This document shows, in pieces, positions 19,701-29,131 of a stretch of 64,000 bases of DNA (position 1 is its first letter; every line of letters begins with the position of its first letter). The stretch comes from a virus. The position numbers and the translations under genes were made by a program. The DNA lies in IMG/VR virus record IMGVR_UViG_3300009159_008491, positions 1 through 64,000 of that record, one strand, 5' to 3'. The notes beneath the pieces are model-generated. The model was not told where the DNA came from and did no database searches. It saw only the letters and a list, made by a program, of their open reading frames with translations.

Positions 19701-20157
19701 TGCTGTTTGTAATAGAATTTAAATCAAGTTCAAAAGGAAAAAAATATTGACCCTTTTTTTTGCCATAAATATTTTTACTTAAATCTCCATTTGAAAAATC
19801 TAATGATTTACTTACTGAATTCCATGATGTTGCTGATAAACTAGAACTTTTATCATAAAACCAGAAAGGATAACTATTGTTTGTAAGACCCGTGCCAAGA
19901 TTTGTTGATGAATCACCAATTCTAAAATTTAATTGTAAATTATTGCAATTTCCCCATTTAGATTCAACCTTACCATATAAACAAAATTTTGCAGAAGCAT
20001 TTCTTTCTTCTTCAAATTTTATTGACATATCAAAAAGATTATCAGCTTTATCAGGTTTTAAAATATTTTTTTCTCCCGATAATTCTGAATTAATGTATAA
20101 TGCAATATTTTTTGCATTTACATAATCTTTACTTGGTAATAATTGTTTATCGCTCAT
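16762..20157 (-). CDS. Putative tail/baseplate structural protein with Calx-beta-like domains
   Basis: DDFYVEKLERLTLQI...IEDNDIPSTVTF Calx-beta-like pattern; Asn-rich, 1131 aa. Confidence 0.55.
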   Translation of the reverse strand: MSDKQLLPSKDYVNAKNIALYINSELSGEKNILKPDKADNLFDMSIKFEEERNASAKFCLYGKVESKWGNCNNLQLNFRIGDSSTNLGTGLTNNSYPFWFYDKSSSLSATSWNSVSKSLDFSNGDLSKNIYGKKKGQYFFPFELDLNSITNSNKSIYVKINDIVNSLYSEQEFPFLYFNEESKVLEYGSEIAEILDDGNILEINNNYPFFYDRHWLRRELEPTGPPFVYFPQSNITFTEGDPNQSDFTNNKIIQFDVALSKPPRGVERIKLSVVYGLDKDFNEYTNVTVPQDVVLNFNNIEWNSTSASTVQKISLRLNDDFYVEKLERLTLQIVPILGVLPDPEKAQMMSIYIEDNDIPSTVTFNSQSYQFLEPRQDIDPLIIPITLNLDKKLLVPNQSLELYIDEAETDCLSTFGFLDPNSTAYTNSHKFEFNQVDLSYSTNFYFISRRSDDLQTKITLRLRNFTSNVVPGNLNQSNDNKFVLYVDKNIDKNYVQINIPFDKQSGKAVLRSVFNKPLDPNYYNKFGSYKDYITKLQTFDGSSFGNILANTIITGNIQPYKFRDLVFEDFFKINIKNLGGRIVFDGNTYDNGDTLSLNVYSGFSTSVSSGQFIYDGSQFILKLPANDNFEYFEGFPGIGSNILGLNLSGASIWGFQKVNYQIEIQNQTYNYIPSVSPTNDDFKTTNLLTIKIYNGIFRNNNYNFEESFYVNAGNDNKKEVYYTTTQLQNLNTQIEFKTEEINKEISITNEVANYSAPYSIPKPYNLYFSPNKIYYPGIVIIPKGSVIPAGFSPDDASTSAKIFLNKDVVGIENDFNTASTTNPNILSFPCSDYTIPLDPNAILNTNTFDFGQLIVQAGYYLKTFTDVNANPQTNTIDSFVAATKYFSSNTPSWLKNGFLYTWSQANINTKNQAVIEIVNEGVIPVKILDTIINPREKLWLSEYAISTSNSGGLVKNVVTPLDQLVLKLPTNYNFKRTINNVTLNKFTTSKYKVSFLNFVLYNESDGLPSNKIINQTIPPFEIIANINIAGGAPRFNEERFYLTSVFNNRVLVNTRLRLTQPPLFVCDPTILNVRVLSQDPNINKSFIVHGFIATASNTAARKAIGFSAIPVSQRGPSCSDNGITWIKSNDF

Positions 20158-20160
20158 TTT

Positions 20161-23100
20161 TTAAAATGCTTTACTATAATCTAATACAACAGAATCATAT
20201 TCATATTCCATATAATATGCTTGATTTCCTATTCCTTTTGCATTGTTTTCATACATTTTTGTAGGTTGAAATACCATTATAGGTCCTCCTTCATTTATTC
20301 TTTTTTCATAATCTTGAAAATAATAATTTCCGAAATATGGAACATTAACCTTAAAATCAAGTTTAGCAGATTCTTTTACATCATCACCTACATAAGGTAA
20401 TGGCCCTCTTGCTTTTAAATATTTTGCACCTAATGCAAAACAACTATTTCCGGGAGGAACACAATAATTCATTCCATTTATGAAAACACCATAATTATTT
20501 TGATCTCTATAATCTGAATTAAATACTTCTGGATTTTTTACAAATACATCTCTAATTTCATTCCATAATCTATTTCTTACTGTTTTATTAAAAAACACAA
20601 TTGATCCAAAAATTAATCCAGTAGGACTAAAAAAATTAAGTGCAGCAGTAATAAAAATATATGCAGATGCTATCGCTTCACCTAAATCTTTTAAACTTAT
20701 TCCTTCTGCAGTGTCAAAATCTTTTACAGCACTACATCTATCACCTCCCAAACCAACTTGTCTTGGTATTAATGAAGTTAAATAATAATCTTTAATATTC
20801 TCTTCTGTTCCAACAGCATATTTATATATTGGTTGAACCCATCCACCAATTGCTGTAAAACCTCTAGGTGTTCTTGCGCTACCCATATAAATTAAATAAG
20901 ATGCTCCTTCATAAGTATTATTATTAGGGTCATATTTATCATTTGCAGGAAGAATTAACTCAGCATTATTAGAAATTTGAATCTCTACTCTATCATTCCA
21001 ATCACCACTTGGAATTGATTCTTTTCCATTGATAAATACTTTTGTAGTACCTATATTTAAAACATATATATTAAGTAATGAATTAAAATCACAAAATTGA
21101 ACATTACAATCTTGAACAAAATCTTTATCTGGTTCAGGTTTGTATTCACCTATATCAAGCCTAATAAAACAATCTGCTTTATTTCCTATTCCACCACTTC
21201 CACATTTGTTAGCTTTGCATTTCCATCTGTTACTATCGCCAGCTTTTGATTGATCAAGTATAATTCGTTGAAACTTGAAAGTTGCATACTTTTCTGTAAA
21301 AGGAGGCTTTTTAGGATTATTGTAATAAGGTTTTTCAATTCTATACATACTTAATCCTCCAAATTTGGAGAAAAAATCTGCTCTTGCTCCCATTTGTAAA
21401 GTTATTTCATCAAGATAATTATATATTGAAAAATAGTATGAATTATATTCGGATGGACTTTGATAAACTGAAAGATAATCATGATTAGCTAATGGATCAT
21501 AATCATTTTCTAATAGGTGATCGCCCCAATTTTCATTTTTTATTCTAGGCCATCCTCTTGGTCTTAACCAATAAGCATATCCAGCTTCTAATCTTTGCCA
21601 TTTTTCTCCATTGTTAGCTGGTTTCCCATCTCTGGAATCTGGATATTTATCTAAATCAAAACCAGTTACTCCGGGCTTATATCCATTGGACCATTCAGTG
21701 GCCCAATCGGACTCTCCTTCATATAACCAAATTTCATTTTTTGTTACTTCTCTTGAAAAATTATTTCCAGCGAATGTATTTTGAAAAGTTTGAAGGCCAT
21801 ATCCATTTGCATTTGTTCCCCAAGCATCAGATCCGCCAGCTAAATCTCCATCTAAAAATCTAGGTTCTAAAAAGAACTGACCCGGTGTGAGTTGATAATT
21901 ATGAACTACACCATTTCTATTAATAATATCAGTATTTAAAATTGGTTGATTATCTGGAGTAAATTTTTTTAATGGATTAGGTACAAAAGGTTTTTTTGTT
22001 ACTATGTAATTTTCAGGATATGTTAAAGACCATGGTTTTTCATAAGGGAATTTACCTATTCCGGAACCGGGAAGTGGTTGATTATCTTCTTTATACCATT
22101 CTTTATATCTATTTAAATCATAGTGATTAGCTTTGTAATATTTACCATTCCCTTCAGAATCTGTTGGCCAACTTTCTTCATAACCCGTCACTTGATAAGA
22201 AATAGTAGGATCTGGAAAAGCAGTTTTAATTTGATATGCCCCTAACCAAACACCTTTATTTCCATTGGTATCTGTTCCGTCTGGATCATATAAATTTGCA
22301 GGTAATTTAAAAGCATTATAATTTGTTGTAAAATATTCTATTTTATTTCCTTTTATTTTAAATTCTTCATTCCAAGCGCATTTAAGATCTAAATTTTTAT
22401 CAAATATGTCTATTATTTTTACTAATTCTATTTTTGCTGGATTTACAACATCAAAAGGTTTAGTCATGTCCCTTATAAAAACAGTAAATGGATTTGTTAC
22501 TCCAGCTGTTCTCAGCTCTTCTAATATTTTTGGCGTAGAATCAATAGCTTGATTTGAAATATTTGTTGGATTACCAACTTTTGAAGAAATAGGAAATGTA
22601 AAATAAGTTATCCATTTTCTTAAATCTAATACTATCGCTAAATCAACTTGTGTATATCCTGTTTGTATTTCACCCCATGAAGGAACTATGTTTATAGGGA
22701 ATTGATTAAAATATAAATGTGGTATGTTAGAAACATTTGGATCATCTAGTGTAGAATAAGGGAAAAAATTTAAAGCAACTTCTTCTGGCTCTAATCCTTG
22801 TTTTAGCAAATCAATTTCAACCATTAATGTTTGTTGTCCAACTGGAACTCCATGTAATACAAATTCTCCATTTTCGTTAGTTAAGGATGTGTATTTATAT
22901 TTTGGAGGAATAGTATCATTTTCAACATCTTTCGGCGAATATTTTGTATCTGTTAAGAATGATTGAAAGCTTCCATAACTTGTTATATTATTTGAATTTA
23001 AATTTTCAAATAAATTCATTCTAATTCTATTACCATCTTGATCAACAGATCCTATGGATGGTATTTCATCACTTGGATTAAATATTCCTACTGAAGCATT

Positions 23101-23685
23101 TTTTATGGGTATTCTTAATTTGTTTCCACTATCATCAATAATAACTTGAATTGCTTCTATTTTTCCATATAAAACTCCAGTATCATTTGTGAATTTTGCT
23201 CCTTCATTAAAAGGGACATTATATATATTTAAAGTATCTAAAGTATCTATACTTCTATTTAATTTAACATTTAAAAAATAATCATTATATTGAGATTCTT
23301 CAAAAAATACAGTTGAAAAATTGTTTGAATTAACACCTGTTGCACCAGAAGTAGAATCAGTATTTATTTTTTGTACATAATTGCCTGTAATAAATTGTTT
23401 ATCTTCATCAGTAAAAATTTGATTTAAAGCTTCATTGTGTACTACTGTTCCAGAATAAACTTTATAACCAGAAGTAATAGAAGAAAGCGGTATATTGTAA
23501 TTATTTGGATCTAGTCCAAATTTAGTTTCTACAGAAGATTGAACTAATTTTAAAGGAACATTATTAGTATCTGCTATAACATAATACAAAGAATTATCAT
23601 CAGAGGTTTGTCCACTGTAATTTGTAAAATATTTTATTGTTGTTTTTGGCGCTTCACCTTTAAAGAAAATTTCTTCTTGTTTCAT
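20161..23685 (-). CDS. Putative tail/baseplate structural protein with a carboxypeptidase-regulatory-like domain
   Basis: GVLYGKI..PIKNASVGI...TNENGEFVLHGVPVGQQTL; hydrophobic segment near the C-terminus. Confidence 0.55.
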   Translation of the reverse strand: MKQEEIFFKGEAPKTTIKYFTNYSGQTSDDNSLYYVIADTNNVPLKLVQSSVETKFGLDPNNYNIPLSSITSGYKVYSGTVVHNEALNQIFTDEDKQFITGNYVQKINTDSTSGATGVNSNNFSTVFFEESQYNDYFLNVKLNRSIDTLDTLNIYNVPFNEGAKFTNDTGVLYGKIEAIQVIIDDSGNKLRIPIKNASVGIFNPSDEIPSIGSVDQDGNRIRMNLFENLNSNNITSYGSFQSFLTDTKYSPKDVENDTIPPKYKYTSLTNENGEFVLHGVPVGQQTLMVEIDLLKQGLEPEEVALNFFPYSTLDDPNVSNIPHLYFNQFPINIVPSWGEIQTGYTQVDLAIVLDLRKWITYFTFPISSKVGNPTNISNQAIDSTPKILEELRTAGVTNPFTVFIRDMTKPFDVVNPAKIELVKIIDIFDKNLDLKCAWNEEFKIKGNKIEYFTTNYNAFKLPANLYDPDGTDTNGNKGVWLGAYQIKTAFPDPTISYQVTGYEESWPTDSEGNGKYYKANHYDLNRYKEWYKEDNQPLPGSGIGKFPYEKPWSLTYPENYIVTKKPFVPNPLKKFTPDNQPILNTDIINRNGVVHNYQLTPGQFFLEPRFLDGDLAGGSDAWGTNANGYGLQTFQNTFAGNNFSREVTKNEIWLYEGESDWATEWSNGYKPGVTGFDLDKYPDSRDGKPANNGEKWQRLEAGYAYWLRPRGWPRIKNENWGDHLLENDYDPLANHDYLSVYQSPSEYNSYYFSIYNYLDEITLQMGARADFFSKFGGLSMYRIEKPYYNNPKKPPFTEKYATFKFQRIILDQSKAGDSNRWKCKANKCGSGGIGNKADCFIRLDIGEYKPEPDKDFVQDCNVQFCDFNSLLNIYVLNIGTTKVFINGKESIPSGDWNDRVEIQISNNAELILPANDKYDPNNNTYEGASYLIYMGSARTPRGFTAIGGWVQPIYKYAVGTEENIKDYYLTSLIPRQVGLGGDRCSAVKDFDTAEGISLKDLGEAIASAYIFITAALNFFSPTGLIFGSIVFFNKTVRNRLWNEIRDVFVKNPEVFNSDYRDQNNYGVFINGMNYCVPPGNSCFALGAKYLKARGPLPYVGDDVKESAKLDFKVNVPYFGNYYFQDYEKRINEGGPIMVFQPTKMYENNAKGIGNQAYYMEYEYDSVVLDYSKAF

Positions 23686-23733
23686 TATTAAATTTTTATT
23701 CTAAAATATTAACTTTATCAAAAAAATAATTAA

Positions 23734-25170
23734 TTAATAATCCTGAGGATAAAGTTTATCAACTATTTTAAATGATAATTTTTCAGCTATGATTCTTCTT
23801 GTTCCAAGCTCATTTATTCTAAATGTAATTTGGTAATTTTGATTTGTTAATAACCAAGAAGTATCTAAATCTAAAAATGATTTTGCACAACCGTCAATTA
23901 CTGCTGAATTACAAGGTGTCCATGAAATAAGTTCAACGACATTATTCATACTTAACCTATATTCTAAACCGTAATTGGTTTTAGGATTTTTTAGAGTATA
24001 GTTTACTCTCGTATCAGCATAAATTCTTATTAATTCATCAGTTTGTAATGTATCATTATTATTAAGACCATATGTTGTTACCACATAATCATTAATACTT
24101 CTTGAATTATTTGTGTAATAATTTTGATTTATATCAAAAAACTGTGTAAAATCTGTTTGATCATATCCGGGATTAAAAGTGACTCCTGGCCAAACATCTT
24201 TATATCTTTGACCCGGAGTAGCACCACTCATCCAAACATCAATATAATACACTCCTTTTGAAAGTTGTTGTGGAACTAAACCAGTAAATACATTGGCATT
24301 CCCCTGTGTTTTAATACTTACTGTTCCAGCTGAATAAAAGTTTACAGCTTGATTTCCTGAAAAAGTATAAAGAAATAATCTGCAAGGTCTATTATTGGTA
24401 ACCGTTGTTCTTTCATCGTTTATTGTTTGGTTATAATTAACTTCTAGATATGGTTTAAATGCTGAATTTGTTTTTTGAGTTAAAAAAGAAGCAATATTTC
24501 TCGTATTTCCACTTTCTAGTTCATATGGTCTAGAAAAAGCAATCCCAATTCCATAATTTTGAGAACCACCTGATAACCAATTATTTACCATGTTGGTAAC
24601 ATCTATATTTATGTCTTCACTTCCAAGTTGAAAATGTTGCGTTGAATAAAAAGGAGTTGAAGCTGTAGGATTATTATAAACACCCGGCTCACTCCAAGGA
24701 TCATTTGATTTTGCGTAATTCCAATTAGAGTATCCCGTTAATCTTAAATTTCCAGATGCTTTTAATAGATAACTCATTTCAAATAAATCATAACCTCTTC
24801 CTTCGTCCCAGTCTTTATTAATAGGAAAAGCAATTAAATCAAAAGATGAAGCAATTGCTTTATTTAAAGTAGCATTTTGATATTCCGGTATTAAAATTTT
24901 ATCTGAAGGAACTGCATTTTTAAGAACTATTTTATAAGATTGAACGGTTCCGGAATTAATAGTTAAATCATTGAAATTTGATAATAAATTAGAAAAATCA
25001 AAATATAAAAGTAATCTACTTATATTATTTTCTCTATAAACATTATTTTTACTAAATCCACCTCCATAAAAAATATCAGAAACTGGATTCTGAGATGAAT
25101 TTATGTACTCAAATTCTGAGCCACTTGCTATTGTGTTGCTTTTGCTTGGATAAATACGATAAACAGACAT
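23734..25170 (-). CDS. DNRLRE-domain-like virion protein
   Basis: SRLLLYFD, WDEGRG, W..PG, IDVTNMVNNW..G..NYG, PYLEV pattern. Confidence 0.65.
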   Translation of the reverse strand: MSVYRIYPSKSNTIASGSEFEYINSSQNPVSDIFYGGGFSKNNVYRENNISRLLLYFDFSNLLSNFNDLTINSGTVQSYKIVLKNAVPSDKILIPEYQNATLNKAIASSFDLIAFPINKDWDEGRGYDLFEMSYLLKASGNLRLTGYSNWNYAKSNDPWSEPGVYNNPTASTPFYSTQHFQLGSEDINIDVTNMVNNWLSGGSQNYGIGIAFSRPYELESGNTRNIASFLTQKTNSAFKPYLEVNYNQTINDERTTVTNNRPCRLFLYTFSGNQAVNFYSAGTVSIKTQGNANVFTGLVPQQLSKGVYYIDVWMSGATPGQRYKDVWPGVTFNPGYDQTDFTQFFDINQNYYTNNSRSINDYVVTTYGLNNNDTLQTDELIRIYADTRVNYTLKNPKTNYGLEYRLSMNNVVELISWTPCNSAVIDGCAKSFLDLDTSWLLTNQNYQITFRINELGTRRIIAEKLSFKIVDKLYPQDY

Positions 25171-25238
25171 TTTTTTTATTTTTTTATAAATAGAACAATA
25201 AAAAAATCAATAATTTTTTAATCATATATTTATTAATA

Positions 25239-25628
25239 ATGGCAAAGACAATTAATATAAAGTTCCCTTTCAAAGACACCTATGATGGAGGTGTTTTTGC
25301 TAGTACTATTACTTCTGAGACAGCATATCAATCAGATTTAATTTCTCTTTTAACAACAAAAAGAGGTCAAAGAGTAATGAGATCTAAACTATATTCACCA
25401 ATTTATGATTATTTAATGGAACCATTAGATGATATTACCCAACAAGAACTTAGGAGAGATATTGACGCAAAAGTTAGAGAATATATACCTCAAATTGAAA
25501 TAAAAAAAATTAAGTTTAGTCCAGATTATGAAAATAATGCATTAGGAATTAAAATTATTTACATTATAAAAGAATTTTTTAGTATTGAAAAAACACTGGA
25601 ACTTTCATTCCCAACTGATATACAATAA
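25239..25628 (+). CDS. Baseplate wedge subunit, T4 gp25-like (GPW/gp25)
   Basis: LLTTKRGQRVM..IYDYLMEP..YIPQIEI. Confidence 0.85.
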   Translation: MAKTINIKFPFKDTYDGGVFASTITSETAYQSDLISLLTTKRGQRVMRSKLYSPIYDYLMEPLDDITQQELRRDIDAKVREYIPQIEIKKIKFSPDYENNALGIKIIYIIKEFFSIEKTLELSFPTDIQ

Positions 25629-25633
25629 TTACA

Positions 25634-27490
25634 ATGGCCAATTTATCACCGAAATTAAATTACATAAATAAAGATTATGAAAGCATAAGAAAGGATATTA
25701 TTGATATTCTTAAGGTTTATTATCCAGATCAATTTCAAGATTTTAATGTTACCAGCATTGGAATGTCAATGGTGGATTTACTTGCTTATGTTGGAGATAT
25801 TCTTTCTTATAATACAGATAAAAGATTTAATGAATTATTTCTAGATGGGGTTACTGAAAGAAATGCTGTTTTTAGATTAGCAAAAACTTTTGGATACAAA
25901 CCAGTTGGTAACCGTCCTGCAATTACGCTTTGTGATATAACAATTTCGGTTCCTACAACTGCAACTGGTCCAGATTTAGCTTATTTGCCAATTTTCCGAT
26001 CAGGAGTTCAAGCAAAAGGTAATGGACAAATTTATGAAACAGTAGCTGAAATTGATTTTAGTAGCGATTTTTCTTCAACTGGGGTTGCTAATAGAATTAT
26101 TATTCCTGTTTTTAATTCAAATCAAGATATAATAAGATATGAGGTTACTAAGAGAGAATTATTTAAAGCTGGTTCTACTGTAATTTATAAAAAAGAAATA
26201 AGTCCTGATGAGGCTGCTACTCCTTTCTTTGAAATAACGTTACCAGAAACCAATATATTAGAAATCGTTTCAATTATAAATAAGCCCGGACAAGGATATC
26301 AGGGAAATCCCACTTATCAAGAATTTAATGATATTAATTTAAAATATTGGGAAGTTGATTATCTAGCTCAATCAAAAGTTTTTATTGAAGATAGTAATGT
26401 TGGACCAAATAACGGTATTTATGCTGGAAAATGGTTAGATGTACCACAAAGATTTACTAAAGAATATATGTCAAATGGAAGACATAAATTAACATTTGGT
26501 GGTGGTGTTAATAATTATCTAGCATACGAAAACTATCTTTCTAATATAAATATTTATAATGATGGTTTTATTGATATATCTGATGTTCTAAATAATGATG
26601 CATTAGGTACAAAATTACAACCAACTTCTACTGTGTATGTTTTATATAGAGTGGGGGGTGGAAGTATATCAAATGTTGGTGCTGGTGCTTTAACTAGTAT
26701 AGGTAATGTATCTTCTGTTTTTTCTGGCGGAGATCCAAATACAATTCAAAATATACTTGCTACAATTAAAATAAATAATCCTTTACCCGGAAATGGTGGT
26801 ACTGATCCACAATCAGTGGATGAAATAAAATTTTATGTAGCGTCTAATTATGCAGCTCAAGATAGATGTGTTACACTTTCTGACTATATAGCCAGAGTAA
26901 ATCAGATTGGTGGTAAGTTTGGAGCACCATTCAGAACTTGGGGCCAACTTGAAGATAATAAAGTAAAATTATACATATTATCAAAAGATGCCAACGGAAG
27001 ATTAAATAATATTTCTAATTCATATATAAAAAATAATTTAGTAGAATATTTGAAAGAATATAGGATGTTAAATGATTTTGTTGAGGTAAATGATGGGGCA
27101 ATAATTAATTTACAAATGGAAGTGGATCTTTATGTTGATAAGCAATATAATTCAAATGAAATAAAATTAGCTGCTATTGATGCTATTAAAGGGTTTATGA
27201 ATATTAATAAGTGGACATTTAATCAAAACATTTATATTTCTCAAATTACTGATATATTGAAAAATATTCCGGGAATTGTAAACGTTGTTGATATTAGAAC
27301 ATATAATATGGAAGGTGGTAATTATTCTAACACATTAATACCACAAGCTATTGGTAGTAGGTTATCTGTAATAGGAACATCAATATATAGAACTGAGATA
27401 CAGTATGTAGATAATGCAGTTTTTGGTAGCTCTGTATCAATGTTTGAAATTAAATTCCCTGATAACGATATTAAAATTCGTGTAGCTTAA
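25634..27490 (+). CDS. Baseplate wedge subunit, T4 gp6-like (baseplate J-like)
   Basis: DYESIR..DLLAYVGDILSY..LAKTFGYKP; YRVGGG; GGTDPQSVDEIK..QDRCVTLSDY. Confidence 0.9.
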   Translation: MANLSPKLNYINKDYESIRKDIIDILKVYYPDQFQDFNVTSIGMSMVDLLAYVGDILSYNTDKRFNELFLDGVTERNAVFRLAKTFGYKPVGNRPAITLCDITISVPTTATGPDLAYLPIFRSGVQAKGNGQIYETVAEIDFSSDFSSTGVANRIIIPVFNSNQDIIRYEVTKRELFKAGSTVIYKKEISPDEAATPFFEITLPETNILEIVSIINKPGQGYQGNPTYQEFNDINLKYWEVDYLAQSKVFIEDSNVGPNNGIYAGKWLDVPQRFTKEYMSNGRHKLTFGGGVNNYLAYENYLSNINIYNDGFIDISDVLNNDALGTKLQPTSTVYVLYRVGGGSISNVGAGALTSIGNVSSVFSGGDPNTIQNILATIKINNPLPGNGGTDPQSVDEIKFYVASNYAAQDRCVTLSDYIARVNQIGGKFGAPFRTWGQLEDNKVKLYILSKDANGRLNNISNSYIKNNLVEYLKEYRMLNDFVEVNDGAIINLQMEVDLYVDKQYNSNEIKLAAIDAIKGFMNINKWTFNQNIYISQITDILKNIPGIVNVVDIRTYNMEGGNYSNTLIPQAIGSRLSVIGTSIYRTEIQYVDNAVFGSSVSMFEIKFPDNDIKIRVA

Positions 27491-28515
27491 TTTAATCTTA
27501 CGTGATTAGATAAAATCTGAGCAGATAAGAAATTTTTATTTCTAAATCTCTGTAATTCAAAAGCAAAATTATTTGGTAGAGCAGGAGACTGTGGAGTATG
27601 AATATGTGTAAACATATAACTAATAATTAAATATAAAATATTTACCAATTCATCTCCTAATACTGCAGGATGTAAAGTTTTAGCTTCTTCACCAAAATCA
27701 TTTAATCTAGGATTATAAGCTAATTCAGCTGTTGCGCTAGATATTTTTCTAAATTTCCCTTCTGGTGATATTAAATTTATATTAGAAGCTTTTATGTTTT
27801 GTTGTGAAAAAGGTTCAAAAGTTGCATTTAATTCAGCATCTGCTAGTCTTACACCACTAGTTGCTATAGGTTGTTCAACTATTTTTAATTCTATTTGACA
27901 AGGATAATCTGTGTTCTCTTTAAAATCAAGAAGGTTTTGGAATATACCAGTTCTTAATTTAACCTGATTATTTCCTAAAACAAGATCACTATTTTTTCTG
28001 CCTTGAAAAGCTATTTCATCTTGTTTAGCAAATAAAGTTCCAGCATCATTGTCGTTTCTTGTTGATGGGCTTCCACCTATTTGATTTCCATTTAAAGAAG
28101 CTTTATTATATATTGCTTGTGCTGATGCAAAACTTTGAAATTCTAATTTTGTTTGTTGGTTTATAACTGGTCCTATCCAATATCTTGCTGATGTTGGATC
28201 AGATGGGTTTTCTAATAATAATAAAACAGTTTCACCTATTTGTGGCCTCACATGCATAAATTCTGGCAATAGAGGAATACATATCGGCATTTGTTCTAAA
28301 CTTGCATCTTTATCTTTTCCGGCATAAATACGTCCTTCATTATTTAAATTTACAATCTCTGCTTTAATACGATTATATCCTGCATTATCAGAAACTTCTC
28401 TTACTATTGCTGGGTATATTAATCTTTGACTTTGATTTCCGGGAATTCTATGAAAAGCTTGCCCGTTAGTTGTCATAAGGGACTCGGCTAGATTTGTAAA
28501 TACATTTTTTCCCAT
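27487..28515 (-). CDS. Baseplate central spike, gp5-like OB fold with C-terminal HxH
   Basis: D..GYNRIKAE..C.PLLP..P.IGETV..YWIGP OB fold; VLGDEL..THIH. Confidence 0.7.
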   Translation of the reverse strand: MGKNVFTNLAESLMTTNGQAFHRIPGNQSQRLIYPAIVREVSDNAGYNRIKAEIVNLNNEGRIYAGKDKDASLEQMPICIPLLPEFMHVRPQIGETVLLLLENPSDPTSARYWIGPVINQQTKLEFQSFASAQAIYNKASLNGNQIGGSPSTRNDNDAGTLFAKQDEIAFQGRKNSDLVLGNNQVKLRTGIFQNLLDFKENTDYPCQIELKIVEQPIATSGVRLADAELNATFEPFSQQNIKASNINLISPEGKFRKISSATAELAYNPRLNDFGEEAKTLHPAVLGDELVNILYLIISYMFTHIHTPQSPALPNNFAFELQRFRNKNFLSAQILSNHVRLN

Positions 28516-28516
28516 T

Positions 28517-28681
28517 TTAGTTTTGTTTTATTTTAGATGCTATTTCATAATATTGAATTTCAAGAGAATCAATTATTTGTAATAATTTTTCAACTTCAAA
28601 CTTATAACGTTCAATATCCTCTGCCACTAATTGCATTTCTTTTAATAAATCTGATTTAGATTTTTCTTGATTATTATCCAT
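28517..28681 (-). CDS. Small coiled-coil protein, 54 aa (absent from ORF track)
   Basis: MDNNQEKSKSDLLKEMQLVAEDIERYKFEVEKLLQIIDSLEIQYYEIASKIKQN*; fills the gap, A-rich leader, stop 1 nt before the next ATG. Confidence 0.75.
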   Translation of the reverse strand: MDNNQEKSKSDLLKEMQLVAEDIERYKFEVEKLLQIIDSLEIQYYEIASKIKQN

Positions 28682-28693
28682 TTTTTAAAATTA

Positions 28694-29110
28694 TTAAACA
28701 GCTACACCTGTGCCAAGCCAAGGAGTAAGGTTTGATCCTTGTGTAACGACTGGTCCACCTGCATTAGCACCGAATGAAGTTACTTGTTGCCCAAGATCAA
28801 CTAATACATCAACTCTTAAATCATCTTGAATTGCACTGGTTATTTCTTCACATAAGATATTAGTAAGAATTTCAAGAGAATTAGGTGTTCCATCTTGTAG
28901 TGGGCCAGTTGGTATTCCGGCTTCTGAAAATCTTGAAGTGATGCTTGAAGCTACAACAGTTGGATCCATTCCGGGTCTAGCTTTTGCTAATAATAAACTT
29001 TGTATGCTTAGTTTAGGTATTTTTAATCTTGATGATGATATTTGTGATAATATTAAATCAGCTAATTCATCTGATACTTGTAAACTTTCATCAATAGGTA
29101 TAATTCCCAT
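28694..29110 (-). CDS. Hypothetical tail-module protein
   Basis: 138 aa; C-term GANAGGPVV..G..G beta-rich. Confidence 0.6.
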   Translation of the reverse strand: MGIIPIDESLQVSDELADLILSQISSSRLKIPKLSIQSLLLAKARPGMDPTVVASSITSRFSEAGIPTGPLQDGTPNSLEILTNILCEEITSAIQDDLRVDVLVDLGQQVTSFGANAGGPVVTQGSNLTPWLGTGVAV

Positions 29111-29131
29111 AGTTTTATTTTTTTAAATTTT

